Position numbers and translations under genes: made by a program. Of a stretch of 64,000 bases of DNA, positions 25,471-38,798 are shown in pieces. Below the pieces are notes generated by a model that was not told where the DNA came from, made no database searches, and saw only the letters and a list, made by a program, of their open reading frames with translations. How positions within the stretch are numbered: position 1 is the stretch's first letter; the number at the start of each line of letters is the position of its first letter. The stretch lies in contig OX597830.1 of assembly GCA_951406725.2 (NCBI GenBank), positions 34,224,001 through 34,288,000 of the forward strand, written 5' to 3'. The stretch comes from Octopus vulgaris. Its lineage: Eukaryota.

Positions 25471-26164
25471 CTCGCTCTCCCTTCCTCTTTCATTCTCATT
25501 ATCTTCATGTTTTTCTTCACTTTTCCTTTTCCTACCCCATTTTTGAACTTTCTTCTTTTCCATTTCCCTCTTCCTCCTCTTCCTCCTCATCATCCTCCTT
25601 TGAAACACACTGATAATAAAATAGAGTTTAACTGTCAGGTCTACATGCAACACCTCTTCCTACACACCCACTAACCACACCTGTTGATCTGATTCTGAAC
25701 TCAATGTTACACAATTCTGTTGGTCTACTGTTATCTGACTGTTATTTCTAGAAGATAACCTCTTTGTGGTTACTTGATCTACTACAAATAGCATCCATTT
25801 TTCCTTTAAATCCCATCTTGGGAACTGACATGAAAAAAGATAGAGTTTGCAATGTCTTCTGGTATTCAAAAAGATAGAAATGGTTCAAGCTAGAACATTT
25901 GTGATCATAGGGTTGCATAATCAGAACACACCCTGGGCTAAATTACAACTACTGCTTAAATGAGTGTTGACAGAATGGTTTGAAATGAGCAACAACAACA
26001 ACCACCACAACAAGTAGTGTATAAAACAGTAAAATTTAATGCCTCTGATTTTAATCTGAATTTACAAATTCGAAAGGACTATATATTTCATTGCATGTTA
26101 GGACACTTGTATAGCGATCACTGCAATCTTTTGAGGCTTTAAATAGATACATATATATATATAT

Positions 26165-26443
26165 AAAATACAAAATAGGACAAGAAAATCCGGACAGTTC
26201 GGTGATACAAAAATGAGACAGCAGAACATCCAGATAGACGATACAAATTAAACAAGGACGGGTCATTCGAAGTTTTCTATCCTCAGTCAAGAACCAGATT
26301 ATCCTCGCAATTTCGGCTGATTATACTTGAGATTGCTCCAATCTGGCCAGCCCCAAGGAAAAACTAAGCTAAGTATATTAGATTCCTTGGAAGAAAGCAG
26401 TGAATGTATACAAAAACAAGGACGGAAAAACAGACAATGTTTC

Positions 26444-26448
<5 letters not shown>
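26165..26448 (-). mobile_element. Unclassified ~290-bp interspersed repeat inserted in (TA)n, possibly PLE-derived
   Basis: Close homologue at 47990-48275 (+) and a partial copy at 29718-29808; internal direct repeat AAACAAGGACGG. Confidence 0.75.
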
Positions 26449-26492
<44 letters not shown>

Positions 26493-26538
26493 AGAGAGAG
26501 AGAGAGAGAGAGAGATCATGTACATATATAATCAGATA

Positions 26539-26663
26539 TGGCTCTGATGAAACTAGCTCTAGTTTTTTTAGGTTGTTCAACTTTTCTCAATTGATCAATA
26601 GACCGATTGAGTAAACCTATCAGTAACATACCAATAATGACTACTGGAAACAGCTGTAAGCCA
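26539..26663 (+). ncRNA. Type-I hammerhead ribozyme motif with expanded stem II
   Basis: UGGCU-CUGAUGA-[96 nt]-GAAAC-AGCU-GUA/AGCCA. Stem I is UGGCU:AGCCA, stem III is the palindrome ACAGCUGU, and AATAAA lies downstream. Confidence 0.7.
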
Positions 26664-26968
26664 AACTTGCTCTAATAAAGGAAAATATGTAATGACCATT
26701 ATCTATAACATGCTGTATATGTATGTATATATATATATATATATGTATGTATATGTGTATATGAGCATGTAACCACACACATGCTTTTCTCTGACTATTT
26801 TTTTCCTTCTCTCTGGACCTTTCCTCTTTCTAACAAAGAGCCATGCTCAAACATTATCCCACCTCTTTGTTTCATCCTAAACTTCATGTCAACCTAATAC
26901 ATTCAGTCTGTACCTCTTTTTGACAGTTATTGTTTTTGATTTTATTTATGATTTTTTATTCAATTTGC

Positions 26969-27010
<42 letters not shown>

Positions 27011-27028
27011 GTATGTATATATATATAA

Positions 27029-27059
<31 letters not shown>

Positions 27060-27299
27060 TATGTATATATAAAGTGAGAGGTAGAGAGGGAGAAAGAGTC
27101 ACTATATTTTATACAAAAACTACCATCACTGACAAATGCATTTTTAGTTACACACACTGTTATCTAATATCTGGTGTGAAACTGGTTAGTAAGTTTGGCA
27201 GAAAAGTATCTATAATACTACATATATATGTGCATGTATGCATGTATTTTTGTTCCTTCATCTTGATAGTTGTAAAATAGTGGTATCCTGTGTTTAAAA

Positions 27300-27566
27300 T
27301 CTCATGCGTAAATATGTCTAATCAGCAGACACAACCTCAGACATGATCAATAATTCGATTGTCTGATGGCACTAAGGTGGCAGCCTGAGAAGAAAAGAGC
27401 AGCTGAGTGCTCTAAAATCACATAGTGAAGGACCATTGACAAAGAAAGGAGACAAGACATGTGGAGAACCTGGAATAAGACCAGAACAGTGACAGAAAAC
27501 AGAGCTGGTTGGAGAGATCATGTTAGGCCCTTATGTGTCACATGATACTGAGAGAACTAACTAACT
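27300..27566 (+). mobile_element. RTE-type LINE 3' end
   Basis: Translation ALRWQPEKKRA..KIT**RTIDKERRQDMWRTWNKTRTVTENRAGWRDHVRPLCVT matches the RTE C-terminus (ALxWxPxGKRxRGRP..W..DRxxW..LC); (AACT)n tail. Confidence 0.8.
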
Positions 27567-27735
27567 AGATCCCATCAGCATAGGTCTGACTAACCAAGCT
27601 TGTTAATCAGTTGACATGAAATTTTGCATATAGAAAAATGGTTAGGAATATCTTTTTTTAGCCAGTATAATATGCATAATTAATAATTAACTAAGGGAAA
27701 CAAATGAAATGACTCATGACAGACATTTTGATAAT

Positions 27736-28127
27736 TACTCTTTTACTTGTTTCAGTCATTTGACTGTGGCCACACTGGAGCATCACCTTTTAGTCGAGCA
27801 AATCGATCCCAGGACTTATTTTTTGTAAGCCTAGTAATTATTCTATTGTTCTCTTTTGCCGAACCGCTAAGTTACGGGGGATGTAAACACACCAGCATCG
27901 GTTTTTAAGCGATTTGGGGGGGAACACAGACACACAAACACACACACATATATACATATATACGACAGGCTTCTTTCAGTTTCCGTTTACCAAATCCACT
28001 CACAAGGCTTTGGTTGGCCCGAGGCTATAGTAGAAGACATTTTGCCCAAGGTGCCACACAGTGGGACTCAACCCGGAACCATATGGTTGGGAAGCAAGCT
28101 ACTTACTTACCACACAGCCACTCCTGC
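27736..28127 (-). mobile_element. SINE family A, full length
   Basis: Reverse complement of family A, ending cacacagccactcctgc. Confidence 0.92.
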
Positions 28128-28329
28128 ACCTTTTAGATTAAAGAGTGATGCAATGAATATTTTATTCTTAAATAAAATTAACCTCTTGGAGACGAATGTC
28201 AGTAAGTCCCTCAGTCAGTAAGTCCCTGAGTGCAATTAGATCCCATTGACTAGTTTTCTCCATGTTACTATCCTCCTTCATCTCTGTAACATAGTCTTTT
28301 TAAAAGTTTGTGTCCTCCAGCATCACTAA

Positions 28330-29240
28330 CAGCTTGTGTCCTCTAACAACTAGTGTAAATATGTTCAAGAATGACTGCCTCTTATTCCAAGGCTTCAAGA
28401 ATTTGTAGAAGAAGTTAATGATATAGATGATGTAGAAATTTCTTAATGCAAAATTTATGTAATATTTGTAATATTCTTTCTTTATTCACTTTGGATTGGA
28501 TCTAATTGAAGCGTGTGAGTAAATGCACGTTGCTGACAGTGTTGGGAATAACATCATTTTTCAAGCAGTGTTTAAGGAAATTGATTTGGCAGTTAAGCTC
28601 AGCATGTTTCTCTGAAAGAGGGAATAATCTTCTAACAGTCACAAATTTAGCCTGATTTGAGCCCTAGGGTAAAAATGTAGTGAAACATATTTAAAACATT
28701 GCAAAATTTTTCAAATGATATAAATGTGTCAAAAACCTTCAAGCAGTGCAGGTGAGTAGTTTAAGAACATATGTAAGGTGATACCAATAAATGAAAACAA
28801 AGTGTAATGCCATTGTATTACTTTATATAAGTTGTTTCATAGTCTGGTAATATTTTGGGAAAGATTCTCCTTTTCAAATAGGAAAAAAGAAGGTAATCAA
28901 AGTGTTTAGAGACACGTGTTGTTACTTGCAGTCCATTCAAGTGGTGAAAGGGTGTGAGAAATGAGTTAGAAAGATCGGAAAAGGCAAGTAGGTGAAAAGT
29001 AGGTGAAGTGAGGTAATTAGAAAAGCCTGCTCCTGCCATACACTTCAGGTCTGGTTTTGATTTCTAATTTATGTCGTTTTATGAGAATAGCTTCCTTGAT
29101 TTTAAAGTTACTTACATTCCTGTCAGTAGCTAAAAATGGATAGTCTTACTTCATGTTTGTGGCATTTGAAGACATGGTTTTTAACAGAGGACGTGTATGT
29201 GCACAGATATGAAGTTTCCAGTTTGTTCTGCTTGTATAGA
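28330..29240 (-). pseudogene. Penelope-like element remnant: GIY-YIG C-terminus, decayed HHR, then ORF N-terminus (pseudo-LTR layout)
   Basis: LATDRNVSNFKIKEAILIKRHK..PDL at ~29050-29140, decayed TTGAAAA...GAAACAACTTATA at ~28825-28880, and KHAELNCQINFLKHCLKNDVIPN at ~28540-28610. Confidence 0.65.
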
Positions 29241-29814
29241 GATCCTTATATATATATACAATAACCTATGCAAAGTATACAGTATCTTTTCCCTTTGTTT
29301 TTATTTATTAACATCGTGTAATTGGCAAAACTTGACACCTAAATTGCATAATTAATATAAAATGCTTCTATCATTTACACATATTGCAGTGCTTCAATGA
29401 AGACATGTACCCATACACATATATATGTACTTATGTCTTTTTATCTTCCTCACAAAGGCATAGATTATGCAAGGAGACAAGTAGGATGTGGTAAAAGAAT
29501 ACTTGTAGATAGAGGGTTTTCTTTCCAAAATGCAGTCCTTGAACAGCTGGATCTGTCAAGCTCAAACACTGCCATCGTTATCCATCGTGATTATATTACA
29601 TACATCAGGGAAAGAAAAATTCCACATTACACACCAAGAAAACATATATGTATCACGATGTGTTACCACTACTGTTTATAACTCGCTCTGAGATTTATCA
29701 TTATATATATATATATAATACAAAATAGGACAAGAACGCAAAACATCCGGACAGTTAGTTGATACAAAAATGGGACAACAGAATATCCAGATAGACGATG
29801 CAAATTGAAAGTCC

Positions 29815-31060
29815 CTGCAGCAGTGGTCAGTCATTTAAAAAGACAGTGAAACATGGGCCTTAATTGCAGAGGTGTTGTGAAGGCTTGAAAGAAATGGAGC
29901 TAGCATGCTCTGCTGGATGGGTAATATCAGTGTGCATGTACAACAGAGTGTAAATGATTTAAGATGGAAATTGGGTGTAAGTGGCATTGGATGTAGTGTA
30001 CAAGAAAGAAGACTGTACTTGTATGTGATGCCTATTGATGAGGACAACAGCATAAAGAAACACCAATCTCTAATTGAGGGAATCTGTGGACTTAGGAACG
30101 TATTGAGAAAGACTCTTCAGATCTTGAGCCTCAGTGAGATGAAAAGAGACTGAGATTTCTGGCAATATACTATGCTGGAGAAGACATATCAAGCTAAGTA
30201 AAATCGTGGCCATCCATACATACATGCAGGCATGTTCTTTACAGTGATACCCCTCCCCCTCACAACACACATAATTCTGTCCTCTATCAAACTCCCCCAC
30301 ATTCCCACCACCAATTACAAACCCCTCCACTTTCCCTCACATGTATATCTGCACACGCACCAAGCCCTCAAATACAAACCCTGCTCCCAGCCACTCCAAT
30401 TCGTTTTACCATAACTTGCCATCCTTGTAACTACTCCAATTCCTTTCAACACCACTTGCTATCTCCCCTATCTCTAAACATCTCCCCTCAAACTCTTATG
30501 GAACATCCCTTCTATCCCTCTGTCCTACTTATTACTACATCACTGTTCCCTGTAGACAGACTCTCTCTCTCTCTCTCCTACTTTCCTCTCCTTCCTTTTT
30601 CTACTGAGGTCACAAATATCTTCTTGATAGTAAGAGGGCTACCTCTGTGCCACTGTCATACTCTAACCTCAGCTCCACCTCCTCTCCCTGCTGAAAGGGC
30701 CTTGTCTTATGAACTTGCATGTGCTGGTGCCACATTAAAAGCACTTATCTGGTATCACATATAAGGTACTCATGATGCTGCTTTTTATAAAGCACTAGCG
30801 CTGGTGCAATATATAAAGCACCCATGTTGGTGCCACATATATATATCAACCATACTGGTGCAATGTATAAAAGCACTGGTGCTGGTGTCACGTAAAAAGC
30901 ACCCAGTACACTCTGTAAAGTGGTTGGTGTTAAGAAGGACATCCACCTGTAGAAACCATGCTAAAACAGGTAATTGGAGCCTGGTGCAGCTCTCTGGTTT
31001 TCCACTCATATCAAACCATCCAACTCATGCTAGCATAGAAAACAGACATTAAATGATGAT
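29815..31060 (+). mobile_element. 5'-truncated RTE-clade LINE: ORF C-terminus, C-rich 3' UTR, tandem stem-loop array and (GAT)n tail
   Basis: SETWALIAEVL*RLERNGASMLCWMGNISVHVQQSVNDLRWKLGVSGIGCSVQERRL matches the RTE C-terminus (GSETW..RLE..MLRW..LR..RRLRWxGH); about 8 GTGCTGGTGCCACGTAAAAAGCAC-like units at 30718-30905. Confidence 0.88.
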
Positions 31061-32082
31061 GGTGAATAGGATGATATATGCATTTATATTATGCAGCATC
31101 TTGTTTATGACAAACTGTTTCAGTTTCATGGTAGGAGAAATATTCCTAGCTTTGCTTTGATTGAAACATCACCCTCTTATCCCAGCAATCTTTAGGCTTG
31201 GCCTCAAAAACATCCTCAATACTTTAGTGCTTTTCTTTCCTGAGTCTATCAACAAACAAACTATACAATATAAATCAATGTAAAGACACATACACTTACA
31301 GTCACATACGTGCACAGCTAAAACATATAATATGTAATGAGTTACTGTGATATTTGTATCTTTCAAAGTTCACTCAGATGTTATAGGGTAACTTGAGATT
31401 ATGCTAGGAAACACTTGCCCGAAATTTTACAGTGTTATTTCGAACCTAGAGCCATATGTTTCTATTAACATATCCCTGAACGACACAGCTGAGCTATTCC
31501 CTGAATCTTAATACAACTATCTATGAGTTACAATTATAATTAAGTTATAAGAAAGCAAAAGAAAATTTCTAAGATATATAATACATAAAATATGTAAGAA
31601 ATTTAAAAAAGACATTTCTTGCCTTCATTTGCTTCCTGTTACTTAGTAAACCCTCTCCCAGCTAAAAGCAAAAAAATTATAGAAAAAGTAACAACTTAAA
31701 GCTGAAAAAATAATTATTATTATAGATAAATACAAGCAAAAATTAAAAAGAAACTGAAGTGGATAATTGAAAATGTGCGCATGTGTGGAGATAGCTGGTG
31801 GTATAAAAATTAACTTTATCGCATTTAGGAAATTGTTTCTTATTTATGAATGCAACAAGTCTTTGGAGTTATTTAACTTATTTAAAATGTTCACTTGAAG
31901 GAGTGGGTTTAGTGGGGGGATAGTGGGGGTGGGATATTGCAAATGTAGATATAAAAATATATAAAAATACAAGTAAAGAAAAACGTATATATAAACATAT
32001 ATATATTTATATATGCATATCTCTACATATCCATTTATATATATGTATATATATATACACACACACACACACATATACATAT

Positions 32083-32137
<55 letters not shown>

Positions 32138-32512
32138 GATTGCAATGATGACGCTCTTCACAGCAGTCATGATGATGATGATGATGACGAAGTGGATATA
32201 TGGAAATGTTGAAGTAATTGAACATTTTAAAGATATGTTCTAAGCAATCATTCATCATTATAGTTTAATTCTGTTTCTTTCTTATTTTTTTCTTAAGTAA
32301 TTTTATTTTTATTTTTTTCCAATTTTCATTATTTATAACAAAGATATGCTTGTCAAACATAAGTAAAAAAAAAATAAATGAACCACCTTAATAAGTATAC
32401 AAACTCTCACACATGTGCGTACGTACACACATACATATATGTTTGTATGTATGTAACTTATCATGAAGCTAATCATAATCATTCTTCTTCTTTTTGCAAT
32501 TATTATTATTGC

Positions 32513-32551
<39 letters not shown>

Positions 32552-34196
32552 CATCATCATCATCATTTATTATTATTATTATTATTATTATCATTATTAT
32601 TATTATTATCATTATTATTAGCATCATCATTATTATTACTATTGATATCATATCCTCATCATCATCATTGTCGTCATCATCATGAGCACTAGCTGCACCA
32701 GCAACATTAGTTTGATAATAGAGAAAGAAGAATGATACAATATATTTAAAAAAAAGAAGTAACATTTGATATATTTAATTAATTTGAATTCAAGAAATGC
32801 TTAAGAGAGCAATAGCTCAAAAGAAAACACTATAGTAAAAAGAATAAAAAATAAAGAAAAATTATAAAAATTACTAATTTTTTTTTATTTTCAAAAGTTG
32901 ACAGAAAAATAAATTCGTTAAAAAAAGAAAATAAATGAAATTGTATATTGAGTTCAGGCTCCTTTGATCAGGCATTGTTGTTTGTGTTGTTTTGTCTTTT
33001 TATTTATATATTCATTTAATTTATTTGGCATTGTTTTCTTGTGCCTTCCCTCTGATTCATCTGTCTCTCTCTCTATTTTTTTTTTATCTCTAGAAGTCTT
33101 TCTTTCATATTTTTCCTCTCTCTCTTTCTTTCTTTCTTCTCTGCTTGTGGCCTGTTGCTTTTTTTGATTCAATGATCACTCTGAGCAGTGTGCCATTATG
33201 AAAACAAAGTTCGGTTTATTATTTCAATTATTTAGGCAGCTAATGATGTTTTTCATCTATGATATTCCTACATACATGCATATATAAATACACACATACA
33301 TACATATCTACAAAGAAAGAGAGAGAGAGAAAGAAAGAGCTGTGTGTAGTCAGCGTAAGAGAAATAAAATGAACACGATGCTGGTTCATTATTGTTCTCA
33401 ATAACATAACACAGTCAAAAATGATGGTTAGTTGTTTTGCAACAATAGAAAGACCACCTACTTCTATTCTTGAAATCTTTTGCTTCGGAGAATATTCATT
33501 AATTGCAAATTTTTCATTTACACCTTTCTTCACTAAAAATGGCAGGGCACAAAACAATGGCTCAGTGCAGCAAGACATAGCAATGATGATAACAGCAACA
33601 ACAATAATAATGAAAATGATGATGATGATGATGATAACAATACAAAGAACAAGAGAAGAGTAATATTGATAATGATGCAAAAATCCACACAGTGCTTATT
33701 TCACGCATGCACACATACACACACACAGATGCATGCATGTGTAAATATATATATATATTATATAGACATGCATACATGCATATATATATATATACATAGA
33801 AACATTCCTCCACACACGAAAGCATGAACATGTTCTCTCACATATGCCTCTATATACATACATGTATGTATAAATATGTATATGTATGTATGTGTATATG
33901 TATATATATGTGTATGTGTGTGTATATATACACACACATGCACTCATATATATACATATATATTATTGAATTTATATATATATATATATATATAGCGGTT
34001 TATGTCTCTCTGTATACCTGATTGCGTGCTGGAGGGGACTTTCTCTAAGAATATTCCATGCTTTCACTTTGAGAAATATGTGTATGTATGAATTGGTTGT
34101 ATGGGTAGTTGGGTGGGGATTGATAGAGACACATGCGTTTTCCAGTACACGTTACAATTCATCTAAAAAGTGATACACACTGAGACACACCACCCA

Positions 34197-34261
<65 letters not shown>

Positions 34262-34369
34262 GCAGCCACATACACGCATACACACACAGACCTGTGCATA
34301 CATTAATATGCACACATATATAAACACAAATGCTTGCTCTTCCACACACACATGCACACACACACACAG

Positions 34370-34411
<42 letters not shown>

Positions 34412-34523
34412 TAGCATGTTTGCATTTCTTCAGTTTTGCATTTTTGTTATCCTACCCCTAAAATTTCATTCTCCCCTTCTCACTCTTTCTCTCTCACTCT
34501 CTCTGTCTCTTTGTATGTATACG

Positions 34524-34564
<41 letters not shown>

Positions 34565-35337
34565 GTATCTATATACATACATTCATACACGCACACACAC
34601 ACACACATATGTATATATACATAGACACGCACACACATTTGCTTAAGTTCAAATACAAACCCGTATATACATACATACTGGTGTTGAGAAAAAAAAATTC
34701 ATAAAAATTCAGTGAAATTATTGTGAGAAAACAAAACCCTTTGGCAAAAAGAAATATATGAAACATTTATATTGTATGATTATGAAAGTTGTCACATGGT
34801 ATAAAGCCATGTTTGTGAGTGCGTGCGTGTGTGTGTGTGTTCATGCGTGTGTGTGTACATGTGTGTATGTGTGTGTGTACACATGTTTAAAAGGGAGTAC
34901 AAATGTGTGTATTAAGGTGTCTGTGTCTGAGTTGTATGATGTCATTTACATTCAAAGTATGCAAGTCTTCAAGATATTTTTTCTTATTCCATATATCTGT
35001 ATGTGTAATATGTGTGTGTGTGTGTGTGTGTGCGTGTGTACATCTTGGTGTGTGTGTGTCATTGTTTACATGAGTAAGCTTCTGAGATAACTCTATGAAA
35101 TGTGTAGAAAGTCATCTGAGAGTATTTTGCTTGAAAATAAACATAATTAATATAAGTATGTTACGAATAAGGAATAGCACCTGCACCCAACCCTTCTCTG
35201 CATGAATAACATACATGCATATATATATATATTATACATATATATATTATACTTATAATCATTATATATATATACACACACGTACATATATATATGTATA
35301 CATACATCTATATATATGCATATATATACATAGATGT

Positions 35338-35388
<51 letters not shown>

Positions 35389-35418
35389 TAAATATGTATA
35401 TACATGCATTACATACAC

Positions 35419-35475
<57 letters not shown>

Positions 35476-36499
35476 TTATATATTACACAACTCTTTTCTG
35501 TGTATGAATATGCATACATATATCTGTGCACATATGTGTCTCTATATATATGTCTATATATCTATGTTTGTTTGTATATATACTCTCTCACATACACACA
35601 CTCACACACAAATGCACAAATGCATGCACACACACAATCTCAGTGTGTATAATGCATTTTGCACCTACATACTCACATTACAGAACAACATATATATATA
35701 ACATGTGCACATTGTAATTCTTAAAAAAAAAAATTTCTGCAGATGTGCAACATGGGGGTTTGGGTGGAAACACTGGAAGTTTCTTCTTTGTTCTAATGGA
35801 CAATAAATTATTAGAACTATTCCTGCGACATTGTTGTTTGTGTTGTTTTTGTTGACATTCTTCTTGTCATCACCATCACTATCACCAATGCCATCTTTCC
35901 TTTCCACCCCACCATCATCATCACCATCATCATCATCATCATCATTATCATTGTCATAGTTCCTCTTAAACTGTCTTGCTTCATTTTATATGGTAGCGCC
36001 TCTGTTTTTCCATGCTGCATTTGCCAGTCATTGAAACAAATTAATTGTTTTGCCAGTAAAATAAGCAAAAGCAAGAAATATAGATGAACGTAAAGTTGCA
36101 AAGACAAAAAAAAGACATGATGCATACATGTACACAGGCATCTACACATGAGTGTGTGTGTCTATATATGTTTGTAAAAGTCTGTCGATACATATAAGAT
36201 AAATTCCTATATGTATACACATGCATGTATGACAGCATGGGTGTGTGTGTATGTATGTGTACATATAAAAAAATTATATTACATTAAATGAAATAAAACT
36301 GTAGACAAGCATTGAAAAATGAGGAATGAGAGTAATGAAAACACTGCGTCAAATATCTGTACCTTTAGCATCATCTTTCAAACTCTTGTTCCAAGTACTT
36401 CTAATCATGCATGTATATACATGTGCATGAGTGTCTGTATATATGTATATATATGCATATATATTTTGGCATATATATATGTATATGTATGCATACATA

Positions 36500-36534
<35 letters not shown>

Positions 36535-37289
36535 GTATATATACGGGGTGGTTTGTATGATGGTACTTATGCATGATGTGCATGTGTATGCATCTATATT
36601 TATGTGAATATTAGAACGGGTATGCATGTGTATGCGTTTTACATATGCAATGGCATTGTGTCATTAAATGTATACCTCTGTATTCCTCTTCTTTGACTTA
36701 AGTCTACAAACTCTCTATACATATATACATACACCCATACATACATATATACATACATTCACCGTACATACATACATATATGCATGCATATGTGTGTATG
36801 TATGTATCTGCATCAATGAGTGTGTACATGAAGCATATGTTTGAGTGAACCACAACTCATCCATTCTGTCGCTGAATCAGTTTTCCTTCTCCATAAATAT
36901 ACATCTATATTTACATACATAATTAGAGTTTCATATGCGCACATAGAAACTGACATAAGCATGCACACACACACACACACAAACTCGTTTATATAGTTGA
37001 ATATACAAATAAATACATCCAGATGAATATATATATACAAATATATATGTGTGTGTGTATGTACGTGTATAAAAATATGAATGTGTATGAAGGTGTGGCT
37101 GTTGATGTGTTGATTTGCTTCCATATAAATAAAAAAAAATACATACGTATAATCATATAAATACATCAGTTTGTATGTATGTCTCTGTGTGTACAACGGC
37201 ATATATATGTATGAGTGTGTGTTTGCGTATCTATAATTTTATATGTTAATACATATGTATATTCATAGAGAGGGAGGAAAAGAGACAGT

Positions 37290-37345
<56 letters not shown>

Positions 37346-38042
37346 CATATATGTATATATATATGTATATATATATATATACATACTCTAACACGCACAC
37401 AAGCATGTACATCTGTCATTATTTTTGTACCCTTTATTACAAGGAATGTTCAAAGAGAATGCGTTCTTGTCACCAAGGGAATTCATCTATTTCCAATGCA
37501 AAAATGTCAGACTATTTCATTCCTTCTTTGGTAAATGAAGAACTGGAATCATTACTTATATAAAATTCTATAAAATTTCCTAACCCCCCACCCCACCTAC
37601 ACCCCCATCGCACCGCTCCTTTCACTTCATTCACCTAAACATAAAATGCTTCATCTTCTTCCACCCCTCCAACCCCCACATTGCATTCTCATAACTGTTC
37701 TTTTCCTAGCCCCCTCCCCCAGCCTCCCACACCATACCATTTCTTCTTTAGCATTTTCTACATTGCTCACAACGTAGGACATAGGACGGACATACGGACA
37801 GACAGAATGACAAAATATATTGGAAGGTAAAGTCTACTCTTCACCTCCTTGTTTCTTCTCTCCCCCACCCACACCCACGCCATCATTCTAACTACTTACC
37901 CTTACTCTCTGCATTTCTCTCATTGTGTCTCTATCCCACATATAGACACACCCATATACATACATGCATATATATATATATACATATATATATATACATA
38001 TATATACATATATATACATATATATATATATATAAACATATA

Positions 38043-38083
<41 letters not shown>

Positions 38084-38412
38084 TATATACATTTACATGA
38101 ATGTGTGTGTGTGTGTATTCATGCAGTTCTCTATATATCTATGAATTAAATATAGTGTATAAAGACAATAATAACATGCCAGTGAATGATTAATGTTTTC
38201 AAGCATTAACAGCAGCAGCAGCAGCAGTTTTCCGGACATACACTAGCTTAATTATAAAAACTATATACACTTCAATTGCACAGACATTGAAAATATCTTC
38301 TCTTTCGAAATAACTGCAAAAGCCAAAGCAATAACAATTGCAATTTGTTTGTATATTTAGTTATGTTGTTTCTGCTCTGTGCATATATATATATATATAT
38401 GTATATGTCTGT

Positions 38413-38479
<67 letters not shown>

Positions 38480-38524
38480 TGTCTGTATATATATATAAAT
38501 ATAAGTATTTATGTGTTATATATA

Positions 38525-38798
38525 TTGTTGATGTCATAAGAATTTATAAACTTTCAAGAGAATGTGAAGTAATATTTTGGCGGGAATGGTGGATCTCGAA
38601 GCAGATAAGGCTATAAATAATTGCAATTAAATATTGAGTTATAAAACACTTCTGGATAGAATTCAAGATCTGCTGTTCAATGTGTTCAATGAGCAACCTT
38701 TGAATTTTTTTATCCAAAAATTTCTCAGACTAACATTCTAACTTACATGCTGTCATTTATAGCATGATATACTTCAAGATACACTGTTCCAAAAATGG

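Noticed and set aside
25333-25653. 106-aa Lys/Glu/Arg-rich ORF
   Set aside because: Antisense translation of a CT-rich low-complexity tract.
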